DNA of 64,000 bases from the IMG/VR virus record IMGVR_UViG_2841800567_000010. The stretch is one strand, 5' to 3'. Every line of letters starts with the position of its first letter. Position 1 is the stretch's first letter. The notes under the pieces are model-generated. The model made no database searches, had not been told where the DNA came from, and was given only the letters and a program-made list of their open reading frames with translations. This DNA comes from an uncultured virus (IMG/VR IMGVR_UViG_2841800567_000010) (taxonomy: Duplodnaviria; Heunggongvirae; Uroviricota; Caudoviricetes). The translations under genes and the position numbers were made by a program. Shown one piece after another: positions 53,803 to 63,319 of the stretch.

Positions 53803-53880
53803 CAGCCCAATGCCGTGACAGGCGGCATTACGATGTTGCCCATCATCCACTGACCTGTTCAATTAAATCAAGGAAACGCC

Positions 53881-54372
53881 ATGCAACTATCTCATTCTGA
53901 GTTGCAGTCAGTACTTTCTTATTCACCCGAAACAGGAAGATTCACTTGGAATAAGAAAAGCGGAACCAAAATAAGGAACTCAGTGGCGGGGACTCATCAC
54001 AAAACTGGATACGTAGTGATCACCATCCAAAAGAAACCTTATAGAGCACACCGTTTGGCTTGGTTTTATGTGTATGGAGAGTGGCCTACCGAAGATATTG
54101 ACCACATAAATCGAATCCGATCAGACAACCGGCTTTGTAATTTAAGGCTGGCGAATAAAAGCCAAAATCAACATAACACAGGGTTAGGTAGAAATAACTC
54201 TTCTGGCTTTAAAGGGGTTTATTTCTCAACCCGAGAAGGGAAATTTCTTGCCCAAATAATGGTGAGCCGCAAGAGGGTATCTCTTGGTTATCACCGAACC
54301 ACAATAGAAGCACATCAAGCATATAAGAACGCAGCCGCCATATATCATGGCGAGTTTTCATCTGAAAAATAA
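53881..54372 (+). CDS. HNH-AP2 homing endonuclease
   Basis: AHRLAW, IDHINRIRSDNRLCNLR, SGFKGV. Confidence 0.92.
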   Translation: MQLSHSELQSVLSYSPETGRFTWNKKSGTKIRNSVAGTHHKTGYVVITIQKKPYRAHRLAWFYVYGEWPTEDIDHINRIRSDNRLCNLRLANKSQNQHNTGLGRNNSSGFKGVYFSTREGKFLAQIMVSRKRVSLGYHRTTIEAHQAYKNAAAIYHGEFSSEK

Positions 54373-54383
54373 AAGGAATAGCC

Positions 54384-54515
54384 ATGCAACAGTATGCCGT
54401 TGCAGGGTGGCCTGTTGCTGGCCGCTCTGAATCATTACTCGACATTATTACTAAGCGCCTGCGTTCCGGCTGTCGCAAATTATTAGACACACTGAAGCAG
54501 AAAGGGAGGCCGTAA
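54384..54515 (+). CDS. cIII: CIII protease inhibitor
   Basis: MQQYAVAGWPVAGRSESLLDIITKRLR. Confidence 0.85.
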   Translation: MQQYAVAGWPVAGRSESLLDIITKRLRSGCRKLLDTLKQKGRP

Positions 54516-54640
54516 TGATATTCACCATCGATGGATTCCACCTGATTATTGCCATCAAGGGTAATATCTGCGCATTCCCAAATACAAATGCCGGATATAA
54601 GGAAATGGCTGAAGCATGGATTAGCGCGAGGTTAAAATAA
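54515..54640 (+). CDS. 41-aa hypothetical protein
   Basis: GGAGG RBS, TAATG coupling. Confidence 0.5.
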   Translation: MIFTIDGFHLIIAIKGNICAFPNTNAGYKEMAEAWISARLK

Positions 54641-54819
54641 TGAAATTTAACTCACTGGCAGCAACTATAGAAGTAAGTCACATATGGCGAAAGGCATACA
54701 TATGCACAGCTTTGGCTTATCGCCGAGCAGGTCGCCATGAAGATAAAAGACTGGCATTAAAAGCAGCCTATCTTGAAAAAATAAACTCTCGCCATTTTCT
54801 TGGCCCCGCTCCATTCTGA
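54640..54819 (+). CDS. 59-aa hypothetical protein
   Basis: GAGG RBS, TAATG coupling. Confidence 0.5.
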   Translation: MKFNSLAATIEVSHIWRKAYICTALAYRRAGRHEDKRLALKAAYLEKINSRHFLGPAPF

Positions 54820-54827
54820 GGTGATTG

Positions 54828-55463
54828 ATGAGCAAGGAATTCTATGCGAGGCTTGCAGAAATCCAACGAACACTGAACGCACCAAAAAATCAGTACAACT
54901 CATTTGGTAAATACAAGTACAGGAGTTGTGAGGATATCCTGGAAGGCGTGAAGCCACTGCTAAATGGCCTGTTTCTCTCAATTTCTGACGAGATTGTACC
55001 AATAGGCGACCGGTATTACGTGCGGGCCACAGCCACCATTACAGACGGTGAGACCACAATCACCGCATCAGCAATGGCGCGCGAGGAAGAGTCAAAAAAA
55101 GGAATGGATGCAGCTCAGGTAACGGGCGCTACCAGCTCATATGCGCGTAAATACTGCCTTAACGGATTGTTTGGCATTGATGATTCCAGGGATGCTGATA
55201 CTGACGAGCATAAAAATCAGCAGAATTCAGCAAGGCAGCAGTCATACCAGCAGAATAGACAGGCGGCAAATAATCACCCCCCTCCCGCCAGAACGCCACA
55301 GCAGATTCTCACGGCTTTCACTGAGTACGCACTGAAGTCCTCTATTGTCGAACTTGAGAGGGCGTGGAAATCAGCTGATAAAAGCCTCGCTGGCACAGAG
55401 CAGCATGGTAAGGCTCAGTCAGTGTATCTCGACAGAAAAGCTGAATTAGAGCAACCAGCATAA
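54828..55463 (+). CDS. erf: ERF-family single-strand annealing protein
   Basis: KYRSCEDILE...GATSSYARKYCLNGLF. Confidence 0.9.
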   Translation: MSKEFYARLAEIQRTLNAPKNQYNSFGKYKYRSCEDILEGVKPLLNGLFLSISDEIVPIGDRYYVRATATITDGETTITASAMAREEESKKGMDAAQVTGATSSYARKYCLNGLFGIDDSRDADTDEHKNQQNSARQQSYQQNRQAANNHPPPARTPQQILTAFTEYALKSSIVELERAWKSADKSLAGTEQHGKAQSVYLDRKAELEQPA

Positions 55464-55483
55464 CCCTCTCGCAGGAAACCACC

Positions 55484-55753
55484 ATGCCTACATCAAAACC
55501 TCATACCGGGGCGGCATCGTCATGCCCATCCGCCGCCATTGTCGCCGAAGTTGGTGAGGCATGGCTTGCAGCAAAAGAAGGAAGGAGTCACCCGCGCATC
55601 ATTTCTAAAACGCCTGAGCAGCGTAAAGCAGAGCTGCAAACCAGCAGCTACGCCAGAGATGCAGCCAGTTATCCCGAACTGCCACGCATCCACTTATCAG
55701 AATCATGGGGTGGTGTTTATGAAGGGCTGAATAGCCATGACCTCAACACATAA
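55484..55753 (+). CDS. Hypothetical protein
   Basis: AGGA RBS, in operon. Confidence 0.5.
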   Translation: MPTSKPHTGAASSCPSAAIVAEVGEAWLAAKEGRSHPRIISKTPEQRKAELQTSSYARDAASYPELPRIHLSESWGGVYEGLNSHDLNT

Positions 55754-55762
55754 CGGAACAAT

Positions 55763-56344
55763 ATGATGGAAAAATACTACGTATCGGGCGTCAAAACCGA
55801 CGCTAAAGGCCACTGTGAAATCTGTGATGACGACTCCGCGAACTTTTACACCCTCTATGAAAGGAATGAGTCAGGAGAAAGCCAGGGAATTATCGATCTG
55901 AACTTTCGTGAAGATGCAGACGCAGCGATGAAAGTTTACGTTGAACGTAACGCCCTGCAGCAGCAGGTGAACGCGCTGGCAGCTGAAGGGGCAATGATGC
56001 GCCAGATTATCGATTCAGTAACTGACCTCGATAACGAACCTCAGTATCACTACGAAGGCATGGGGTGCGGACTGGAAGACCGAAACATCACTGACCGCTA
56101 CGAGGCGATGCGTCATGGTTGGGATCAGGCGATGGAAAGCGTTTACGGCGAGTTAATCCCCTGCGCTGATCAGCTGGATTTTTCAGCTACCGATGCCGCT
56201 ATCAGGGAGATGATGGCGCAGGGTGTGGAGAAATTGGCTATTCACCTTCGTGCAAATGGCAATGATGCATCTCCATGTAATTTGATTGCAATTGGCGCAG
56301 AAGATTTTGCTGCCCAACTCCGCGCCGGTGAGGTGTCCAAATGA
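55763..56344 (+). CDS. Hypothetical early-left protein
   Basis: GMGCGLEDRNITDRYEA; AAQLRAG C-terminus. Confidence 0.65.
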   Translation: MMEKYYVSGVKTDAKGHCEICDDDSANFYTLYERNESGESQGIIDLNFREDADAAMKVYVERNALQQQVNALAAEGAMMRQIIDSVTDLDNEPQYHYEGMGCGLEDRNITDRYEAMRHGWDQAMESVYGELIPCADQLDFSATDAAIREMMAQGVEKLAIHLRANGNDASPCNLIAIGAEDFAAQLRAGEVSK

Positions 56345-56916
56345 AAAAGTTCGAACTTGTTGCTGAAATTTCCAAAGAGTTTTTCGGTAGAAAACTGTTC
56401 CGCATTCGCGCCATGATTTCGTTTGGTAATGTTCAAACTGGTGATTTGGGTGGCTGGGTTGAGAGCGAGAGTAATGTAGAACAGTCCGGCAATGCATGGG
56501 TGTACGGCGATGCATGGGTGTCCGGCGATGCGAAGGTGTACGGCAATGCGAAGGTGTCCGGCGATGCATGGGTGTACGGCAATGCGAAGGTGTACGGCAA
56601 TGCGCAGGTGTACGGCGATGCATGGGTGTACGGCAATGCGAAGGTGTACGGCAATGCGAAGGTGTCCGGCGATGCGCACTGGATCTCTATCGGGCCAATT
56701 GGTTCAGAGAATGGTTTCCTGACAGCGTTCCGGCAGCGTGATAACAGCATCATGGTCAGACGCGGATGTTTCTCTGGCACGATTGACGAGTTTGAGTCAG
56801 CTGTTAACGATACGCACAGCGACAACCAGCACGGCGATATTTATCGCGCCCTGATTCTGGTTATTAAGTTGAGGCTGGCAGAAGTTGAAGGTGAGCAGGG
56901 AGGCGACCATGCGTGA
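56341..56916 (+). CDS. Hexapeptide-repeat (left-handed beta-helix-like) protein
   Basis: G[ND]A[WKQ]V[YS] x10; GDLGGWVE, RGCFSG. Confidence 0.85.
   Translation: MKKFELVAEISKEFFGRKLFRIRAMISFGNVQTGDLGGWVESESNVEQSGNAWVYGDAWVSGDAKVYGNAKVSGDAWVYGNAKVYGNAQVYGDAWVYGNAKVYGNAKVSGDAHWISIGPIGSENGFLTAFRQRDNSIMVRRGCFSGTIDEFESAVNDTHSDNQHGDIYRALILVIKLRLAEVEGEQGGDHA
56488..56676 (+). repeat. 18-bp coding tandem repeat, about 10.5 units
   Basis: GGC[A/G]ATGC[A/G]..GGTGT[A/C]C units. Confidence 0.92.
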
Positions 56917-57133
56917 ACTCCCCACTCCATCGGATGTGCAGTTGAGCATCGTTCGCCCAAGGGGTGATTTAGAAAACCCAATCAGGATGATTATCCGCGT
57001 TGAGCGAGGGAAAACAATCACTCTGGAAATATTACCCCATGAGTTTGCCCTGGCTCTAACCGGTAGTAGTGACAGAGGTGCAAAAATGTACCTGCGAAAT
57101 ATTGAAGTGAAGCGCATCGGGGGTGACTCATGA
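56909..57133 (+). CDS. Hypothetical protein
   Basis: GGAGG RBS, MRELPTP. Confidence 0.55.
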   Translation: MRELPTPSDVQLSIVRPRGDLENPIRMIIRVERGKTITLEILPHEFALALTGSSDRGAKMYLRNIEVKRIGGDS

Positions 57134-57609
57134 ACCAGCGCCCTATTCTCGACATGTGCTGCGGCTCCCGCATGTTCTGGCTGAACAAGTCTGACCCTCG
57201 TGCCGTATTTACTGACATTCGCAGTGAGTCGCATACGCTGTGCGATGGTAGGCCATTGCACATCTCGCCGGACATTATCGCTGATTTTCGCGCTCTGCCA
57301 TTTGCTGATAACTCCTTCTCACAGGTTGTATTCGATCCGCCTCATCTCGTTCGCGTCGGTGAAAAGGCATGGATGGGTAAAAAGTATGGCCGGTTAAACC
57401 GAGAAACGTGGCAGGACGATATTAGACAAGGATTTGGTGAGGCGTTCAGAGTGCTGCGGCCACAAGGAACTCTCATCTTTAAGTGGAATGAAACGCAGAT
57501 ACCAGCCAGCCAGATAATTGCCCTGACTGACCAAGAACCGACAATCTGGCAACGTACCGGAAAGGCCGACAAAACTCACTGGATTCTGTTTATTAAGGAG
57601 CCAGCATGA
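57130..57609 (+). CDS. Small class I SAM-dependent methyltransferase, copy 1
   Basis: ILDMCCGSRMFW, VVFDPPH, LIFKWNE. Confidence 0.88.
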   Translation: MNQRPILDMCCGSRMFWLNKSDPRAVFTDIRSESHTLCDGRPLHISPDIIADFRALPFADNSFSQVVFDPPHLVRVGEKAWMGKKYGRLNRETWQDDIRQGFGEAFRVLRPQGTLIFKWNETQIPASQIIALTDQEPTIWQRTGKADKTHWILFIKEPA

Positions 57610-58328
57610 CAATTACAGCAGCTAAAGAAATTGAAAAAACACTGACTATGATAGCCCGGTCTCAGCGCCTGCTTGAAAGCTTACAAGATAACGAAATTGA
57701 CTCTGATTATTTTGCTGTTATTGCGACATCAGAGAACGGCACGGATGCCATCGAAGAATACTGCATAACTGATTTTGCCTTAAACATTGCAGCGTTGATG
57801 AGGCGAATTAAGGAAACCATCGAAGCCCAGGCGGTGCGGATTGCTGAGCTGAAAGAAGAAGCAGGACACTATAAGGAATGCTACTGGGCGTCTCAGAAAG
57901 AGCTGGCGGCGCTGCGGGAGCAGGAGCCGATCGGTTATATCGACCCGGACTCGTTGCGAGAATACCGTGGAGTTAAATCGGGTGGGAGCTGGTCAGATAA
58001 ACCCAAACGTGACGAGTACAATCAAACGACTCCCATATTCGCCCAGCCAGTACCGACCGCCCCGGTTGCTGTGCCGGAAGAGGTCGCTAACATTACTGAG
58101 GCAAACAATTATACAGCCGGAAATGCCTATGAACTGGATGCATGGATGCGCGGCGCTAACTGGATGCGAGCCGAAGTTCTGCGTCTCAACAGCGGGAGTA
58201 AGCCGCAGCGGTTTGTTGTGGCGCTACCTGGTCGCGTTGAGGCTGATTGCGACTATCAGCATTATTTGCTGGCCGAAGAGGATGTTATCGCAGCTATCCG
58301 GGCCGCTGGTGGGGAGATTGCAGAATGA
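57606..58328 (+). CDS. Hypothetical early-left (Ea-type) protein
   Basis: AAGGAG RBS; RIAEL, AIRAAG C-terminus. Confidence 0.6.
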   Translation: MTITAAKEIEKTLTMIARSQRLLESLQDNEIDSDYFAVIATSENGTDAIEEYCITDFALNIAALMRRIKETIEAQAVRIAELKEEAGHYKECYWASQKELAALREQEPIGYIDPDSLREYRGVKSGGSWSDKPKRDEYNQTTPIFAQPVPTAPVAVPEEVANITEANNYTAGNAYELDAWMRGANWMRAEVLRLNSGSKPQRFVVALPGRVEADCDYQHYLLAEEDVIAAIRAAGGEIAE

Positions 58329-58801
58329 TGAATGCAAAAGAGTCATACCAGGTAGAGGATTGGATGAAGCCTTATCTGGAGTTATTTGTAAATACCGGTG
58401 GTAATGACGTTGAAGAACTGCTGCACGATGAGAGCACAACGCCATTTGCTAATGTTGTTCGCTATCTGCTGATTGCCGCTGTACGTTCTCAGTTCGATTT
58501 ATTGAAAAGGCTGAAAGCTAAAGGGGGGCTTACTGATGCTCTCACGCCCGGGAATATGAACACATGGATAGAGGGGCAGGTATTACCAGATAGTGCATTG
58601 AAGGCCAGTTACGAAACCGGGGCAGGAAAGGTTATTTGTGCTGTAGCTGAAGTTGATGAGGCATTACAGGCTGAAGGTTACCCGGAGCTGTGTTGGTCTT
58701 ATGTTGATGTTGTTCCGGGGGTGATTATTGACAGGTGCACTAACAGCAACATAACGAATCATGTTGTGCGCTGGTTGCCGGTTGCGAGGATGCCAGAATG
58801 A
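58325..58801 (+). CDS. Hypothetical protein
   Basis: GGAG RBS; coupled with neighbours. Confidence 0.55.
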   Translation: MMNAKESYQVEDWMKPYLELFVNTGGNDVEELLHDESTTPFANVVRYLLIAAVRSQFDLLKRLKAKGGLTDALTPGNMNTWIEGQVLPDSALKASYETGAGKVICAVAEVDEALQAEGYPELCWSYVDVVPGVIIDRCTNSNITNHVVRWLPVARMPE

Positions 58802-59232
58802 ATATTGAAGAACGGCAGGCGCTGATTGATCGATGCAAAACTATTGCAGCATGGCGGGAAAAATACGGTGATTACGCAAACGTTATGATGCCAGCGCTGG
58901 AGGCAAAAAAGATAGCAGAAATCGCCCTCTCCTCACTTCAGGCTGATGGTTCCCTCACTGATGAGGATACCACCCCGCAATCGCCAGCACAGCAGTGGAT
59001 TCGGTGTAGTGAGCGGCTGCCGGTGGAAGGTCAATCAGTAGTTATCGCCAATATAGGCCACGGCTGTATTTGTGAGGCGGCGGCCGTCACATACTACCCA
59101 CCTCATTTTGCATTAATTGAAGGGCTTGAGGCCAGTAACTATGATGGCGGGGCATCAATATCCCTAGCGTTCGAAGCCACTCATTGGATGCCGCTGCTGG
59201 CAGCACCAGAGCCCGGAGGTGATGAGTCATAA
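58798..59232 (+). CDS. DUF551-domain protein
   Basis: WIRCSERLP...THWMPL. Confidence 0.8.
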   Translation: MNIEERQALIDRCKTIAAWREKYGDYANVMMPALEAKKIAEIALSSLQADGSLTDEDTTPQSPAQQWIRCSERLPVEGQSVVIANIGHGCICEAAAVTYYPPHFALIEGLEASNYDGGASISLAFEATHWMPLLAAPEPGGDES

Positions 59233-59332
59233 CCATCAACATCTTATTCATAGCCCTGTGCATTGTGGCTGCGCGAGAAAGACTGAGTCGCTGAAGCGGC
59301 TTTTTTTGTGTCCAGAATTCGGAGTAACCAAC

Positions 59333-59542
59333 ATGTATGCAGACCAAATTGACGAGGCAGCAGCACGTCAGCAGCAGATGATTGATAACGCCCTGGCTAA
59401 CCGACCAGTGCCGCAAATGACATTTACCGGCGAGTGCCACTGGTGCGAAGAGTCGATCAACAGTGGCCATTTCTGTGATGCTGAGTGCCGCGATGACCAC
59501 GCAAAAATGATATGGGCAGAGAGCCAGAGAAGAGCTGGATGA
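59333..59542 (+). CDS. TraR/DksA-like C4 Zn-finger protein
   Basis: ADQIDEA...CHWCEE...FCDAECRDD. Confidence 0.7.
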   Translation: MYADQIDEAAARQQQMIDNALANRPVPQMTFTGECHWCEESINSGHFCDAECRDDHAKMIWAESQRRAG

Positions 59543-59767
59543 ATGGAGCCAGCGACTGAAAACGCGTTGCGGTCAGTAGCCCGAAGTTGCAGGGAGGAAA
59601 TCATCAGTGCCAAGAAAGGCAAGCCCAAACCCGAGCACGACCGCATTACTACCCTTCTGTTAGACAAATACACCAAACTAATCACCGCGCTGCCGCCTGG
59701 CAGATACCCGGCCCGTCAATGGCTGGTCTACTTCGTGCGCGTGGTGGATAAGGAGATGAAGAATTGA
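59543..59767 (+). CDS. Hypothetical protein
   Basis: In operon. Confidence 0.55.
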   Translation: MEPATENALRSVARSCREEIISAKKGKPKPEHDRITTLLLDKYTKLITALPPGRYPARQWLVYFVRVVDKEMKN

Positions 59768-60237
59768 GTGAGGCAACGATTTTAGATATGTGCTGCGGCT
59801 CTCGCATGTTCTGGCTTGATAAGCAGGACAGCAGAGCCGTTTTTTCTGATGTACGAAATGAGAGCCATACGCTATGTGATGGGCGGCTACTCAATATCGC
59901 GCCGGACGTGATCGCTGATTTCCGCAGGTTGCCATTCCCTGCTGACACTTTCGCCCAGGTTGTTTTCGATCCGCCGCATCTCGACCGCGCCGGAGAAAAT
60001 GGCTGGATGCGAAAAAAGTACGGCGCGCTGAATAAGGAAACATGGCGCGAGGATATCCGGGCGGGATTTACTGAAGCATTCCGCGTATTACGGCCACACG
60101 GAACGTTAATTTTTAAGTGGAACGAAACGCAGATACCGGTTAGCCAAGTCATCGCGCTGACCGATCAGAAACCGACTATCTGGCAGCGCACCGGCAAAGG
60201 CGATAAAACGCACTGGATTTTATTCCTGAAACCTTAA
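59764..60237 (+). CDS. Small class I SAM-dependent methyltransferase, copy 2
   Basis: Paralogue of 57130-57609. Confidence 0.88.
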   Translation: MSEATILDMCCGSRMFWLDKQDSRAVFSDVRNESHTLCDGRLLNIAPDVIADFRRLPFPADTFAQVVFDPPHLDRAGENGWMRKKYGALNKETWREDIRAGFTEAFRVLRPHGTLIFKWNETQIPVSQVIALTDQKPTIWQRTGKGDKTHWILFLKP

Positions 60238-60281
60238 TCCCCCTCCCCCACACATCGCAACCAAATAATCGAGGTATAGCT

Positions 60282-60479
60282 ATGCACCAACATCAGCTAC
60301 AGCCAGACTCGCTTGTTGATCTGAAATTCATCATGGCGGATACTGGCTTCGGAAAGACGTTCATCTACGAACGCATCAAAGACGGCACCCTGCCTGCCTT
60401 ATTCGATGTATGCAGGGGACACCATCCGCGGGTATTTCCACATCCAGCAAAGTCCACAAAATTCTTTAAATCCCTTTGA
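60282..60479 (+). pseudogene. torI: TorI-like excisionase (RDF), truncated after about 38 aa and reading through attR
   Basis: LQPDSLVDLKFIMADTGFGKTFIY.RIK.G.LP, then non-homologous ALFDVCRGHH (the att core). Confidence 0.85.
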
Positions 60480-60588
60480 TATAGCGGCTTCGCAGTCTCT
60501 GTAAATGTTTTGACGTCCATTGCAATCCGCATACACGAAGGGGCATAATCAGGGGCACTTCGGTTCGATATTAAAAATGCCCCCTGAT

Positions 60589-61887
60589 ATGAAACTTACA
60601 GCACGACAGGTAGAAACTGCAAAGCCCAAAGACAAAGCCTATAAACTCGCTGATGGCATGGGGCTGTATCTGGAAGTTACCCCGCGAGGGTCCAAATACT
60701 GGCGCATGAAGTACCGTCGCCCCTCTGACAAAAAGGAAGACAGATTGGCCTTTGGTGTCTGGCCTGCTGTTTCCCTAGCTGATGCCAGAGCTAAACGCGA
60801 TGACGCCAAACGACTACTGGCGAAGGGGTTTGATCCCAAAGCAGAACAGAAGGGGGCACAGGCTGAAGCAGAGGGGGCATATACTTTTGAAACCATCACC
60901 CGCCAGTGGTATGGCGGGTGCCTGAAAAGGTGGACCCCGACACATGCACGAGCCGTATTAAGATCGCTGGAGCATTATGTTTTCCCACATATTGGCGGTG
61001 CTGACATACGACAGCTTAAAACGCGCCAGCTTTTAGCCGCCGTCAACAGTGCTGATTCTGCGAATAAGCATGATGTTGCAAAGCGTCTGAGACAACGCAT
61101 TACTTCTGTTATGCGCTATGCCGTGCAGAACGGCCTTATTGATAGTAACCCTGCGCTGGATATGGCCGGTGCTGTGGAATCAGCAAAAACAAAACACCGC
61201 CCCACCCTTCCCCATGCCCGTTTTGGCGAACTTCTTTCCCGGATAAGCAATTACAGCGGCAGGCCTGTAACCCGCCTGGCGGTGGAGTTAACCCTGCTCA
61301 CGTTTCTTCGTTCCAGTGAACTGCGTTTTGCCTGGTGGGATGAATTCGACTTTGATCGGGCTGTCTGGAATGTGCCCGCTAAACGGCCAGAAATCGAAGG
61401 TGTGCGCTATTCCTGGCGCGGGATGAAAATGGGAACCCCGCATGTTGTCCCTTTAAGTAAGCAGGCGCTGGCATTACTGGAAGAGCTAAAAGAGTTCAGC
61501 GGGAATAACAGCAGACTGTTTCCCGGCGACCACAACCCGCAACAGGTTATGAGTGAAAATACAGTCAATAAGGCGCTGAGAACTATGGGGTATGACACTA
61601 AAACAGAAGCCTGCGGGCATGGATTCCGAACGATGGCGTGCGGCGCTATGGCAGAATCGGGACTGTGGTCACGCGAGGCTGTAGAAATGCAGATGAGCCA
61701 CCAGGAAAGAAATGATGTGAGAGCGCCATATGTACATACCGCTGAATACCTGGAGGAAAGGCGCTTAATGATGCAATGGTGGGCTGATTATCTGGACGCC
61801 AACAGGTCTGCACACGTTACGCCGTATGACTTCGCTCACGATACCGGGCAGGGGCATAATGTGGTTTCAATAGCAAAAAGGAAATGA
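60589..61887 (+). CDS. P4-type tyrosine integrase of a third element
   Basis: MKLTARQVETAKPKDKAYKLADG; HGFR; WWADYLD; directly follows the tRNA 3'-end copy. Confidence 0.92.
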   Translation: MKLTARQVETAKPKDKAYKLADGMGLYLEVTPRGSKYWRMKYRRPSDKKEDRLAFGVWPAVSLADARAKRDDAKRLLAKGFDPKAEQKGAQAEAEGAYTFETITRQWYGGCLKRWTPTHARAVLRSLEHYVFPHIGGADIRQLKTRQLLAAVNSADSANKHDVAKRLRQRITSVMRYAVQNGLIDSNPALDMAGAVESAKTKHRPTLPHARFGELLSRISNYSGRPVTRLAVELTLLTFLRSSELRFAWWDEFDFDRAVWNVPAKRPEIEGVRYSWRGMKMGTPHVVPLSKQALALLEELKEFSGNNSRLFPGDHNPQQVMSENTVNKALRTMGYDTKTEACGHGFRTMACGAMAESGLWSREAVEMQMSHQERNDVRAPYVHTAEYLEERRLMMQWWADYLDANRSAHVTPYDFAHDTGQGHNVVSIAKRK

Positions 61888-61922
61888 AATTCTACGCGCG
61901 CATACGTGAGCTTTATTTTACC

Positions 61923-62021
61923 TGTTTCATATGTTTCACTGTTTCAGTGACTAATATTTATAAATAAATCATAATATTAAGTGAAACAGGTATTGAAACA
62001 GGTTTTTGATAATCTGTTTCA
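61923..62021. repeat. TGTTTCA direct and inverted repeat cluster around an AT-rich core
   Basis: TGTTTCA at 61923, 61932, 61940 and 62015; TGAAACA at 61982 and 61994. Confidence 0.75.
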
Positions 62022-62169
62022 CCCCCTACCCGGCATCAAAAGAACGAATTACGTTCTTTTCTTTATATTCAATAATATAGGGGGAATTTCCATTCTGGCT
62101 GGTGGCCGGAATGAAAACTATGCAAGTCTGCACAGATTCGCAAACTGGCTAACCACCTGATTAAAGTAA

Positions 62170-62790
62170 AAGACCCCCTTCTTAGAAGGTGGCTTTCGAG
62201 AATGCCCCCTGTAAGGGGGGCTATTGTTACCTTCCTGTTTCTACTCTAGCAATTCCATCTGCTGTTCATGCGTTTGTTCCCTTTTCTCCTGATGCCCAAC
62301 ATATCGTCTGATGATCTCTTCGTTTACCCCTACCGTATCGACAAAGTATCCACGTGACCAAAAATGGTTTCCCCATAACTTCTTTCTTATGTGAGGGAAA
62401 CGATTGTAGAGTCTGATGGCGCTACGCCCTTTCAGGTGACCCATCAAGGTCGATATAGAGATTTTGGGCGGGACAATCACTACCAGATGTACATGATCTG
62501 GCTGAACATTTAACTCCAGTACCTCACAATCTTTTATTCCGCAGAGAATATAGATTGTCCTGTAAAGTTCCTTGCCCAGCTTATCTTTCAGGATCCTGAA
62601 TCGATACTTTGGCGTTCAGACTATGTGGTATTTGCAACGCCAATATACATGTGATGAACTCCTGTAAAGCCCCATGTCGGTCTGTCTCCTTTTACTTGTG
62701 GTGAGTAAGCAGAGATATTCCGGCATGGGCATTCTTCAGGCTATAGCCTTACAGGATCAATCACCACCTCCCTAGGAGGTGGTTTAGGGA
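62170..62790 (-). mobile_element. tnpA: IS200-like element; tnpA 62241-62675 with TGA at 62616-62618
   Basis: CKYHIV*TPKYR, DHVHL, FWSRGYF; subterminal hairpins at 62763-62783 and 62172-62193. Confidence 0.88.
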
Positions 62791-62796
62791 TGACAA

Positions 62797-63319
62797 TTAA
62801 TTTCCCCCATTGGGGGAAGTTGAATAAACCCACTGATTTTCATCAACGTACAAATTTGTACCATCAACCCGCCCCAGCGCACGACCAGAAATGTCCTCAA
62901 AACCGCACAGCAGAAATGCAGGCGTTTTCATCTGCACGGTAGCTTTCAGTACCAGATCCATATCCAGCCTGACGCCCAGCGCTACCAGACCGCCGTTAAC
63001 GAAGTTCTCAGCCCCGGACAGCAGATTACGCACCTGCCATACGGTTGGTTTCAAATAAATCAGCCACATCGCGCAGAGACAGGCGCAGGACGTAATAAGC
63101 AAAGAGCACCTCGCGTTCTGCATCACGGCCAGCAACGTGCAGCCTCGATACGCAGGCGTCGATTATCAGGCCGTCCTCGTCGGTACAGGATGGACGCAAA
63201 GATGATTTACCCGCCAGCACTCCCCGGAAGGTGGTGCAGACCGCAGGCCATGCAGAACGGTTTTCTTCATGCGCCGCCCATTCTCCCCAGCGTTTCAGTA
63301 CTGCCCGTATATCGCGCAT
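62797..63319 (-). pseudogene. Antiterminator Q-family gene, frameshifted paralogue of 18232-18687
   Basis: MRDIRAVLKRWGEWAA; frameshift near 63040. Confidence 0.85.

Noticed and set aside
56183..56825. Multiple repetitive ORFs, or a CRISPR-like array
   Set aside because: Alternative frames of an 18-bp coding repeat; no unique spacers and no cas genes.
57130..60237. Diversity-generating retroelement TR/VR pair
   Set aside because: Differences are not adenine-specific, and there is no reverse transcriptase in the window.
60282..60479. torI reconstituted upon excision (att inside the gene)
   Set aside because: The predicted attP junction reads ...CRGHHSTVRPHP*, which is not the TorI C-terminus.
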